Positions 29,001-37,423 of a DNA stretch of 54,016 nt are shown here, piece after piece. Position numbers and translations under genes: made by a program. The notes under the pieces were generated by a model. It was not told the DNA's origin and did not search any database. It saw only the letters and a program-made list of their open reading frames with translations. The DNA is from a virus (taxonomy: Duplodnaviria > Caudoviricetes). Position 1 is the stretch's first letter. Each line of letters begins with the position of its first letter. Location of the stretch: IMG/VR virus record IMGVR_UViG_3300042332_001412, positions 1 to 54,016 of that record; one strand, given 5' to 3'.

Positions 29001-32000
29001 TCAAATTTGAAATTTTGATTAAGGCCATCATAAGAATAATAAATTGAAATATCCTCAAACTGCTGTGGGACAGTTGTAAATGTTATATTTGATCCAGATA
29101 TAGTGTAGTCAGTAATTGGTTTTTGATACACACCATTTCTGATCACAAATAAGTGATATGAACTTATTGGAGAGAATAAAATTCCATTGATGGAAATTGG
29201 GAAAGTAGATCTAACACCATCGAAACATATTAATGAATCTAGAATAACATTTTTTGTTTTTGCAGGATCTAACTGTCTATTGAAATAGCATAGTTTAATA
29301 TTATCAGATGCAGTTGGAGCATCTACGAATGTAATTTTATTAGCTGATACAGAATGGGTTTGAGAATCTGGTCTCTTTAAAACTCCATTTTTGATTGTAA
29401 ATAAATCTTCTACATTTTTAGCGTAATGTGGAACTCCTCTGTCGGATAAATTAAATGTTTTTCTTGTGCCATTTTGAGAAACATTTAGTCTATCTAATAT
29501 TGCAGATTTTGTTGAAGTATTATTTGCAAGATATTTGCTGTTGAAATCTATAATTGTACACTTGCTTGATGCAGAATATGCTTGATTAAATGTTATTGTA
29601 GATCCAGAAATTGAATATTGATCAGGATCTAAAACTTGATTGTTAACATAGACTAATAGAGTATTTTTACCGTTTACTGGAGTATACTCAGCACCATCTG
29701 CATACCTTAAATTAAAAGTAGTAGCAGATCCATTAAAACTTATTTCATTTAATACTTCTACATAACTTGTAGAATATTCTGGGTTTGAATATTTAAATCT
29801 AGTATCAACCCCATATACGGTTGTATTATCGGGATCTGCGTACACAGTACCATCAATTAAATTTTTGGTAATTTGATACAAAGACTCAGGATTTTTTGTA
29901 GCAGCAGATTCTACATATTGAGTCAGTTTTTTAATTGCACAATTATCTACATGAAGGATTTTATTCCCCAGTAAGACAGTAGTATCTAATGCATAACAAT
30001 TAATAGTTTCATCTATATACCATCCAAAGATATTAGAATCAGTTAATGGTTCAGATAAAACTAATTGATTTCCAGTAATTGAAAAGTCTGTTACCAGTTG
30101 AGATTGATAAACTGAATTTGCAAAAACCAAAAGTTTGCAACTAGAATCAGGAGAGTAATTTAATGTGTAATTAGCTCCAGAGCCAGTAAAAGTTATTTTC
30201 TTTAGATTTTGTTGATGTAGTACGAATATTGAATCACTTTCTTTTAAATTGGTGTCTAAGGTTACAATATTTCCATTGACTGTAAATGTCGGCGCTTGAA
30301 CAACTCCATTTATAGAAATTAATAAATTTTCTGCAGAGCCCGAATTGAATTCTAGTTTGTCTTTATATAATTTTAAAGTATTATTTTGATAAGTAAAATC
30401 TAAAGTCGTAAAATTATTAGTTAATCTATGTGCAATAATTTGATCGAAACTAGAAAATTCAAAGAATGGAATAAAATTATTATCTACAATATAATATGAA
30501 GTTATTGGCTGCTGTAAGATTCCAGAATAAAATACCAATACATTATTGGAATTATGAACTCCAGTAGTAGCAAATGTCCTATCTACTTCAAATACATATT
30601 CTCCAAATATAAAAGATGAAGATCCAAAAAGGTATACTTCAATATAACTTTCGGATATAGATTTAATTATACCAATAGACTTAGATATATTTCCATAAAC
30701 AAATTCCCCTACTGAGTAAGAAAGATAGTTGTCTATTAAAATTTTCTGTGTATTGCACTCAGATAACTTAAGATTTAAATTTGCAATATTTGATAATGAA
30801 GCTTTAAATATTACTGAGCTACTAAGTACATCTTGACTATTATTAAATAGAGATTTTTGATTTTCTATTAAATTTTTACCAAATAGTTTAAATCCACTAG
30901 GGTGAGTATTTTGAATTACTTCATTTTTCCATTCAGAAGTATTTCTATTTGATGCAATAGTATACGACCAATCTTGATAATAATTACTGTCATGAATTCT
31001 TTGAGTGGTATCATTTAAAAATCCATAGTTATCTAAGAATTTATGGGGGAATGATACTGTGGTAGAAATATTAGCATATGCAGATGCTACATTTACTGAA
31101 AAAATAGTTCCGTAAATTGATCCATCAGCATAATAAATTGTAGTATTTTCAGTTACTGTTCCTGTCAATTTTTCAAATTCTAATACAGATGACTGAGCAT
31201 CAAAATTCAATACTTTAATAGTAGCAGTAGGAGTTGTTGCAGAACCTAATTTTAAAATAGTATCAGAAAGTAATAATTTTCTATTTAACTTTGCTTCTAA
31301 TATTGCTCCTGTTCCATAATCACTTTCTAATGTGATAGATGGAATCTCACTTAAATTATTGCCACCATATAAAATTTCAATATTGGTAATGATACCAGAA
31401 GATGTTATAATTTTAAATTGATAATTATTATCAATAATTCCATTGACCTTAATTTTATCGGTAGGTCTATAATTATTTCCTCCAGAAATAACTTCAATTT
31501 TTGATATTTGATAGTTATTTTTAATTTTTGAAGTGCTCGGAAATTTCACACTAAATTGTGTGGTTTTATCACCAATCAACTCTCCACTGATTGATTCGCA
31601 TTCAATTGATGATATTTTTCCAATAGTCTTGGAATTTAGCTGTAGTAACGCATTCTTTCCATTTATAGAATCAATAGTTACAATTTCAGGAAGTTTTTTA
31701 TAATTATTTCCTTTATTTGAAATTGCAATTTTTACAATAGATCCCTGAGCAGACTTTGATGTAGTGGTATACGATAGTGAAAGATCTTCAGCATTAACTA
31801 ATTTTGGTTTAGGAATTAAAAATGCAGTAAGAGACTCTACTGAGAAAACTTTCTGTTTGTTAATTGAAGAATTAAAATATACTACATCATTTGTCGAAAT
31901 GTTGTGGGGCTGAGAAGTTATTACCCTAATATAATCAATTCCCAATATAGAAATAAAATCATAATCAACTACAGGAACTCCCTGAATTTCTGACACATAA

Positions 32001-34054
32001 GCAGAAAATCCAGCCCCATATGTAAAGGTATTGTCTATAACTAATTTATCATTTACTCTATAGTTAATTCCAGCATTTTCAATAATTACTTCATCTACAG
32101 ATCCAAAATTATATTTTTTAGCTTTTAAAATAGTATTTGTGCTAGAAGAGTTAAATTTAAAAATAGAGGATGTATATAAAGAGCCTCCATCTGTAATATT
32201 AATTTTTGAAGGTACAGATACTATTCTGAATTCTATTGGTTGAGAATTTCTATCTCCATTTACATAACCAAATAAGCAATATGTTGCAACATTATTGTCT
32301 GCTAAACAATTTCTTCCATATAAATGGGCAGTCACTCCATTATAAACTCCTAATGGAGCCGATCCACGAATTACTTTACAATTTACAAACTGAGTTGATG
32401 TTTTTGATTGATATTCTACTAATCTACCATCAATAAATAACTTTCCTTTTGTTGTTGGGAAATTTGCTGTACTTGAAACGGTTATGTTTGTATATGAATT
32501 AGATTGTATAGTTGATGTTTGAGTTATTGTTGTTGAAGGTGGTAAAAATATCTTTTTATAGTCTAAATTAGATCCCAATTCAAATTCATAGTTATTGTTA
32601 TCTAATTTTTGAATCTCTGATATCTCTAATGTTGCTCCTTGTATTTTATAAGTTAAATCTCTCTTTTGTACTAATTCTAGTAATTTAACATTTGATAAAT
32701 CTAAAGATCCAGAAATTAATTCGCAGCGAATTACCTTTCTTCGGTATAAAGATGCTGAAGAAGCTTTAATTACATTATGTTTTGGTAGTTCTATATTTGG
32801 ATCTACCGAAATAACTTCGACTGAAGGATTGCCCTTAGTATTTAAATCATTTAAAGGATATGCTTCTGATACTTTTGCCTTAGGGGTCTCTCCACCCTCT
32901 CCAATAATGCTGTATCTAGGTAAGAAATACCCAGAAATTTGATATAAAATTAACTCTCTTGTTGTATCACTCCAACTGTAGACTTTTCCAGTGCCAATAA
33001 TGGTGTTATTTTCATCTACACATTTTACTGTTTGATCTTGAGTAAAATTTCTATCTCGTACTCGTGCAGTAATTGGACCAACATAATTAGTTCCTTTATT
33101 TACAACTTGAACACCAGGAATAGCGTCTTGTTGAGTCGGTTTAAAAATTCCTCCAGAAGTAGTCATCTTGGTGACTACCATTTTTGCTACACTATCAGCA
33201 ATAGATGTAGTTGGATTTTTTACTCCAGTGCCAGAGCCAATTATATCAATAAGTGGAGGATATTGTAGTTGACCGTTTACAAGTTCATAATAATAGCCAC
33301 TTCCAGAAGAAAAAACTTCAAATGCACTGATATTACCTGAATAATTTAAAATATTAATAATAGCTCCTGTTCCTGCAGGTTGCAGTTTTAACTTAACTCT
33401 TTTTTCATTGAAAAGAATTCTGAATAATAGCTTATGTGAATTTTTAGTTCCTTTTGCACGATAAAAAGAACTGATGTTTTTTAGAAATGATGAAATGTTT
33501 AAATCTTGAGCTAAGACTTCTGGTATATTTGGAGAAATCTCATTCTTAATTTTATTTAAAAATTCTATTGCAAATTGATACGAAATATTATATACTAAAG
33601 TTCCATTAGGGTGAATTGTATTTGTTCCACTATTTTTATAAGTTACATTAGATGTTGGAAACTTCTCTAAAATAAATGCCCCAGTAGAACGAACACAATC
33701 TAAGAATTGAGTTTTTGTTTTTGATTTATAAAATATAATTTCGTCGTCAATCTGAATATATCCATTAGATTCTGGAAATCCAGTAGTATCAAAAACTCCG
33801 ATAGTAGTTGAATTTGTTCCTACTGTCGAAGTTAATTTGGTAGTTTCCTTTAATTTGGATGGAGAATAATGTCCAATATTATAATAATCTATTAAATTCT
33901 CGACAATATCCAAAGAATTGTATTTAACTTCTTGGGACTCGTAATAAGAAGTTAAAAATGATACAAATTTTGGACTAGACTCTCTTACAAATGACGGAAG
34001 TTGTTTCTCAATTAATACTGAAGTATCAATAATTTTTTCGTCTAAAGTTGTCAT
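26018..34054 (-). CDS. gp7: Baseplate wedge initiator (gp7-like), 2678 aa with many internal repeats
   Basis: QLPSFVRE..PKFVSFL..YYES, FYRAKGT, RIHDSNYYQDWSY...HPSGFKLFG and repeated NGVxQxP..Y.ISG..ITF units; lies between gp6 and gp8. Confidence 0.9.
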   Translation of the reverse strand: MTTLDEKIIDTSVLIEKQLPSFVRESSPKFVSFLTSYYESQEVKYNSLDIVENLIDYYNIGHYSPSKLKETTKLTSTVGTNSTTIGVFDTTGFPESNGYIQIDDEIIFYKSKTKTQFLDCVRSTGAFILEKFPTSNVTYKNSGTNTIHPNGTLVYNISYQFAIEFLNKIKNEISPNIPEVLAQDLNISSFLKNISSFYRAKGTKNSHKLLFRILFNEKRVKLKLQPAGTGAIINILNYSGNISAFEVFSSGSGYYYELVNGQLQYPPLIDIIGSGTGVKNPTTSIADSVAKMVVTKMTTSGGIFKPTQQDAIPGVQVVNKGTNYVGPITARVRDRNFTQDQTVKCVDENNTIIGTGKVYSWSDTTRELILYQISGYFLPRYSIIGEGGETPKAKVSEAYPLNDLNTKGNPSVEVISVDPNIELPKHNVIKASSASLYRRKVIRCELISGSLDLSNVKLLELVQKRDLTYKIQGATLEISEIQKLDNNNYEFELGSNLDYKKIFLPPSTTITQTSTIQSNSYTNITVSSTANFPTTKGKLFIDGRLVEYQSKTSTQFVNCKVIRGSAPLGVYNGVTAHLYGRNCLADNNVATYCLFGYVNGDRNSQPIEFRIVSVPSKINITDGGSLYTSSIFKFNSSSTNTILKAKKYNFGSVDEVIIENAGINYRVNDKLVIDNTFTYGAGFSAYVSEIQGVPVVDYDFISILGIDYIRVITSQPHNISTNDVVYFNSSINKQKVFSVESLTAFLIPKPKLVNAEDLSLSYTTTSKSAQGSIVKIAISNKGNNYKKLPEIVTIDSINGKNALLQLNSKTIGKISSIECESISGELIGDKTTQFSVKFPSTSKIKNNYQISKIEVISGGNNYRPTDKIKVNGIIDNNYQFKIITSSGIITNIEILYGGNNLSEIPSITLESDYGTGAILEAKLNRKLLLSDTILKLGSATTPTATIKVLNFDAQSSVLEFEKLTGTVTENTTIYYADGSIYGTIFSVNVASAYANISTTVSFPHKFLDNYGFLNDTTQRIHDSNYYQDWSYTIASNRNTSEWKNEVIQNTHPSGFKLFGKNLIENQKSLFNNSQDVLSSSVIFKASLSNIANLNLKLSECNTQKILIDNYLSYSVGEFVYGNISKSIGIIKSISESYIEVYLFGSSSFIFGEYVFEVDRTFATTGVHNSNNVLVFYSGILQQPITSYYIVDNNFIPFFEFSSFDQIIAHRLTNNFTTLDFTYQNNTLKLYKDKLEFNSGSAENLLISINGVVQAPTFTVNGNIVTLDTNLKESDSIFVLHQQNLKKITFTGSGANYTLNYSPDSSCKLLVFANSVYQSQLVTDFSITGNQLVLSEPLTDSNIFGWYIDETINCYALDTTVLLGNKILHVDNCAIKKLTQYVESAATKNPESLYQITKNLIDGTVYADPDNTTVYGVDTRFKYSNPEYSTSYVEVLNEISFNGSATTFNLRYADGAEYTPVNGKNTLLVYVNNQVLDPDQYSISGSTITFNQAYSASSKCTIIDFNSKYLANNTSTKSAILDRLNVSQNGTRKTFNLSDRGVPHYAKNVEDLFTIKNGVLKRPDSQTHSVSANKITFVDAPTASDNIKLCYFNRQLDPAKTKNVILDSLICFDGVRSTFPISINGILFSPISSYHLFVIRNGVYQKPITDYTISGSNITFTTVPQQFEDISIYYSYDGLNQNFKFDNLRLFNNSQTRFGLTSNYVSTTVFSSSHLQVVRNGAYQYPNIDYTIGGPSDARYIDFVTAPTTTDQISIINYKSQDLVDITNRFTQINTNTLQYTSQSPSIDTTTFLIYVNGILQVGNAWTFDTNTNTLIFSGFVSLSLDKVQILGFQTQKRSFDPITISSGVFTYNLQVNSSTITANLPLRSSDLVISINGVQQIPTSAYTVSGSTITLIDSNLPVGSVLYAYQIGSSSFDTEIIDYLDDNYLKSTYKLQVNYKSFNPPATSDVFVLRNGVAQNPGQDFTTGNGYITFDTNITPNEDVYISYRHGSNEIAITNISGTTITLATSVSPSDYNNVVVHLNGVPQFNGVNYFIAGNTIILPSLVDINSIFVIKYAPITFIDPVEDCPNGFRTKFRLFYNQQNIIASDILQNADILVSVNEVIQYPGVQYTISANRGIIEFATPPQSLDQIFMVKMSGNELIILSPVSGSNTVYNLSQSFSNDDQENLVVFSNNTWKFNELNEYNYTTSSRITLSSANTSTYIFGIKFAGTFHLLDQINTPYNGINTKFNLFFNQENFMPPGTVENDMIPSEFSLIVIKNGKILDPGVEYTLQGDIKSQIQFSIAPISTDIISVKCVGTFLKLLSITSGFGGRIYNLKKQNSADYYPNTDIERPRPHENQILVIRDGNIQSPLYDYYIDNNKIVFTSNVTAGKLVVLDFRGTTTDVAVNSVSYQINVNDKIQISGEQSERTITQVISPTVVKTTQYTGPKPSGFVGSAAVSGGKVTSVSITNGGSGYRYPAILRTLGVGYSAKATASVNNTLGGAIQAPVIIQYPGYNQYQAPSVVATSYAYSYTKMPLSTSNVRIGTKLSSNILPSAEIIPVANAQNFEQSDVAIAISSVTGSGATFRPFISKGRIRKVEVLTSGIGYDDRDAEVIVVGGGGVGCILELVLDSMGRVTSIIVRNSGEGYDTYRVIIDNDIIEYTNIVSNQLIGCTRAITAAAHNQNDIVYYDKFI

Positions 34055-36252
34055 GAGCAGGTATCTGGATTTACTGGTGTGAAGTCTTCTATGTCTGGAT
34101 CAGGAGGTGGACATCCTAATATTGCAATCTGTTCAAGAGTTGCAGAATCTGCATAATTTTGAGCCTTAATTTTTGCATATAGTTTTTCACATTCTTCAAT
34201 TGTGGCTGTTGGCTCGTCTATTGTGGTACTTCCATCTGGGTTAGTTGTCGTTGCAGTGCCATCTTCATCAACTACAGTTACACTTCCGTCAGGATTTGCA
34301 GTAGTACTTCCTGGAATGTCATTTGTTGGGTTTTCACCTAATGGATCGCCTGTAATATTAGGATCTATCGGTGTTACATATGTAGTTGGTAGAGTTGCCT
34401 CTGTATTCAAGTCATTATTTGTATATTCACCTATGTCCAATGGATTGATATCTGTAATTTCAATGCTTGGATATGTATCTGGTCCAGTTGTAATATCTGG
34501 ACTTTCAGGAACTGCGTAAATATTTATTGGGTCATCCTGGCAGGAAACTACTGTAAAATTGAATTCTCCTGTTTCGTAATTAACTTTTCCAACCTTTGCA
34601 ATTACTCTTTCTTTCAAAGTAAGTAGATATAAATCTACATTTTCTCTGATTGAACAATCATTGATATTATAACCTGCGAATTTATCTCCAAATGCTGCAA
34701 TAAAGACAGGTTCATTAAATCCTTTGATGCAGAAAGGATCACTTATTATTGTATATTTTCCTTCAATATTATTTTTTATCTTGGAATAAAAATTTAATTT
34801 GTATTCATAAAGTAAATTGTTGTATAATTCTACGGTTCTCTTAAAGTATGGTTTAATGACAACAAATTTAATGGCAGAATCTATATCACGAATCAAACAA
34901 ATTAGTTTTGAAGATGAAAATATTCCATTAAAAGTTTTAAATTCATCATCAAAATTATAATTTGCAATTTGCTGATTGATCAAACTAGTTAAAGTAGCAA
35001 TATCATTCTTGGTTCTATTTTTATCGTAGATTACATTTACACTCAACATAATATAGAACGGAATTGCATCCTCAATGACTGGAGTAATAGAACCTACAGT
35101 ATAAGTTTTAATTTCTTCTGATATTCTTCTTTTTTCTATATCAGAAATTTTATCACCAATTTTTGGTTTAATTGAGATAAAAACTTTTCCATATTCAGGT
35201 GGAGATTTAGTCTCTCCTCCAACAACACGAACTAAATCTGCATTAGAGTAAATATTTTGTAAAATACTTTCATAGTCAGAATTCACAACAGCTCTTTGCT
35301 GTGCAGCATAGTATCTTGGTGCTCTATATTTAATTGATTTTATGGGTTCAAACTCTGATCCGCCATCCGTTTTTGGCATCAGAGGAGTAAAAGTTATATT
35401 TGAAGCTAATATGTTATCTTCGCCACTAGACTTTACACCTTTTATAGCTCCAGAATATTTTAATTGTGATGTAGCAATGGCATTTGCAGCAGAACCACTA
35501 GTAATTACATAGCTTATAATAACTTCTTCTCCATTTTGAAGCTTTCTTCCAATTACATCGTCTCCAAAAATAATTTCATACTTTTGATCTTGTACTTCCT
35601 CAACAAAGAAAATATTGTCTGATGCACTAACTCCAACAATACTGGTTTTTTTCTGATATTCTACTTCTAAATTTGTCGATGGATCTGATACTACTGAAAC
35701 TTTTATAGAATCTGCATCTATAAAATTGTTAGGAATAAAGAATCGTTGATTTTCGTTGCTATCATCTACTGTATATCTAATAGAAAATTCTCTACCTTCT
35801 TTTACTTCAACATTTGAAAATGTTACAGATGAATTTCCTTGAGTATTTACAATTAACTTGTTTGTACAGATAAAAGTATATGTTTTGTTATTTTGTGAAA
35901 CGGAAAATAATGGTCCAGGAGAAATATAGACGCTTTGATAGCCAGAAACATTATTTACAGTAATATTGAATTCTGCTCTTGCTGAAGTATATGAGTTTGG
36001 TGTATATCCTAGTCTTTTTGCATGAGAAACTACATTATCTCTAAGTACAGCAGTATCTAAGTTAAGTTCATTTGCCGCCATATTGATGTTATATGACGAA
36101 TACATGCTATTATATGCCAAAATGTCCACCAACATGGACAAGTTGGATCCCTCAAAGTCGTAATCTTTAAAATCAGTTTTAGTTTTAATATAATTTTTGA
36201 TAGATTCTCTGATTTGAGAAAATTCTAAAGCAGAGATAGTAGGTAGTTCCAT
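34051..36252 (-). CDS. gp6: Baseplate wedge subunit (gp6-like) with a C-terminal extension
   Basis: FKDYDFEGSNLSMLVDILAYN, FGDDVIG, AQQRAV..DY and PPEYGKVFISIKP. Confidence 0.95.
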   Translation of the reverse strand: MELPTISALEFSQIRESIKNYIKTKTDFKDYDFEGSNLSMLVDILAYNSMYSSYNINMAANELNLDTAVLRDNVVSHAKRLGYTPNSYTSARAEFNITVNNVSGYQSVYISPGPLFSVSQNNKTYTFICTNKLIVNTQGNSSVTFSNVEVKEGREFSIRYTVDDSNENQRFFIPNNFIDADSIKVSVVSDPSTNLEVEYQKKTSIVGVSASDNIFFVEEVQDQKYEIIFGDDVIGRKLQNGEEVIISYVITSGSAANAIATSQLKYSGAIKGVKSSGEDNILASNITFTPLMPKTDGGSEFEPIKSIKYRAPRYYAAQQRAVVNSDYESILQNIYSNADLVRVVGGETKSPPEYGKVFISIKPKIGDKISDIEKRRISEEIKTYTVGSITPVIEDAIPFYIMLSVNVIYDKNRTKNDIATLTSLINQQIANYNFDDEFKTFNGIFSSSKLICLIRDIDSAIKFVVIKPYFKRTVELYNNLLYEYKLNFYSKIKNNIEGKYTIISDPFCIKGFNEPVFIAAFGDKFAGYNINDCSIRENVDLYLLTLKERVIAKVGKVNYETGEFNFTVVSCQDDPINIYAVPESPDITTGPDTYPSIEITDINPLDIGEYTNNDLNTEATLPTTYVTPIDPNITGDPLGENPTNDIPGSTTANPDGSVTVVDEDGTATTTNPDGSTTIDEPTATIEECEKLYAKIKAQNYADSATLEQIAILGCPPPDPDIEDFTPVNPDTCS

Positions 36253-36255
36253 TTA

Positions 36256-36672
36256 TTAGCTTTCTCTTACGAGGATAAAGTCTACGGTTTGTACGATTGG
36301 AGGGAGTCCAACAATAAAATATTCAATTATTACCGAAAATTCATTTAAATCATCTTCAACATCTACAGTAATGTTCTTTAGTGTGATTCTTGACTCATAT
36401 GTTGCAAGAGCATTTTCAATTTCTTCAATCAATGAGCCTGCAGAAAATGTGCTATTTAACTCAAAAAGATAACTTGTTGTATCTGTGCCAACATTTGGAT
36501 TAAAAAGCCTTTCTCCTAACTTAGTTAGTACTAAGTTTTTTACAGATTGCTTAATAGCTTCTTCATTTTTTAACACAACAACATCTTTAGTTATTGGATT
36601 CATGCCAAAATTAAAACTAATGTCTTTAAAAGACCTAGAAATTTTACCTAACTCTTTTGAGACAGTAGACAT
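36256..36672 (-). CDS. gp25: Baseplate wedge subunit (gp25-like)
   Basis: FKDISFNF...NEEAIKQSVKNLVLTKLGERLFNP. Confidence 0.95.
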   Translation of the reverse strand: MSTVSKELGKISRSFKDISFNFGMNPITKDVVVLKNEEAIKQSVKNLVLTKLGERLFNPNVGTDTTSYLFELNSTFSAGSLIEEIENALATYESRITLKNITVDVEDDLNEFSVIIEYFIVGLPPIVQTVDFILVRES

Positions 36673-36697
36673 TGATGTAAAAATTAAGGATTATAAA

Positions 36698-36853
36698 CTA
36701 TTTAGATGTATCCTCAAAATATTCACAATAGTCTACATGATAAATTTTCTTTGATTTTTGCTTTTGAGGTGCATAATCAGTAATTAATCGTGTAGTACCC
36801 CACATTTGCTTCATATATGTGACATCCCTATCGGGATTTGGGTGAATTGCCAT
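36698..36853 (-). CDS. Small hypothetical protein (51 aa)
   Basis: Not in the track: MAIHPNPDRDVTYMKQMWGTTRLITDYAPQKQKSKKIYHVDYCEYFEDTSK, with a GGAGA Shine-Dalgarno and an upstream late promoter. A TAAATA site at 36699-36706 overlaps its stop and may serve gp25. Confidence 0.75.
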   Translation of the reverse strand: MAIHPNPDRDVTYMKQMWGTTRLITDYAPQKQKSKKIYHVDYCEYFEDTSK

Positions 36854-36913
36854 CTGTTTTCTCCAAAACTGGGTCGAACAGAACTTTTAAAGGGGTTGCT
36901 ATCCCTTCGGTAG

Positions 36914-36921
36914 TATTTATG
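36914..36921 (-). promoter_or_regulatory. Late promoter-like CATAAATA
   Basis: Directly after the terminator, upstream of a structured leader and ORF 36698-36853. Confidence 0.65.
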
Positions 36922-36924
36922 GCC

Positions 36925-36949
36925 AAAAAAAGGGGGTCTTTCGACCCCC
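36925..36949 (-). terminator. Rho-independent terminator
   Basis: Minus strand GGGGGTC-GAAA-GACCCCC followed by T7, just after the stop at 36955. Confidence 0.9.
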
Positions 36950-36954
36950 AAGTA

Positions 36955-37098
36955 TTATCGTCCTTGACCTCTGTATTTCTTCTTGGCACCATTACGACTT
37001 GATGCAGAGAGTCGGGTGTTTTTTGAACGACCCTGACGAGTCATTTTGGGATTTCCTGGGGTGTAACCAGACTTGTTGAAACTAGGTGCTTTTGCCAT
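36955..37098 (-). CDS. Small basic protein ending KKKYRGQGR (47 aa)
   Basis: Not in the track: MAKAPSFNKSGYTPGNPKMTRQGRSKNTRLSASSRNGAKKKYRGQGR; it fills the gap between PAAR and the terminator. Confidence 0.8.
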   Translation of the reverse strand: MAKAPSFNKSGYTPGNPKMTRQGRSKNTRLSASSRNGAKKKYRGQGR

Positions 37099-37099
37099 A

Positions 37100-37423
37100 T
37101 TAGTTCACGAATAGGTTTGTGGGAACAGGTAATATTGTACGAGGAGTTGCTGGATTTGTCAAGTCCCCCACATGGGCTGATGGGCGTCCATTAACAAAGA
37201 CCTTACTTGGGGCAATGATAGTTCTCGCTAATGGGGGACAAAAGGTATCTTTACAAACTGGAAAGCCTGGTGCAGGAGTCAAAACATCACCTGCTTTGGC
37301 TCTAGGACGACCTTGGGAGAAAACTGTAGCTACAATAGGAGTAACTACATTTTGTGGATAAACACAACAAGGTCTAAAAGAAACTGAATCTGGATTTCCT
37401 AAAGCTGCAATTGGTCTAGTCAT
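37100..37423 (-). CDS. PAAR-domain spike tip protein (gp5.4-like)
   Basis: RPIAALG, TVFSQGRPRAKAGD and KVFVNGRPSAHVGD repeats, with Cys/His residues. Confidence 0.88.
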   Translation of the reverse strand: MTRPIAALGNPDSVSFRPCCVYPQNVVTPIVATVFSQGRPRAKAGDVLTPAPGFPVCKDTFCPPLARTIIAPSKVFVNGRPSAHVGDLTNPATPRTILPVPTNLFVN

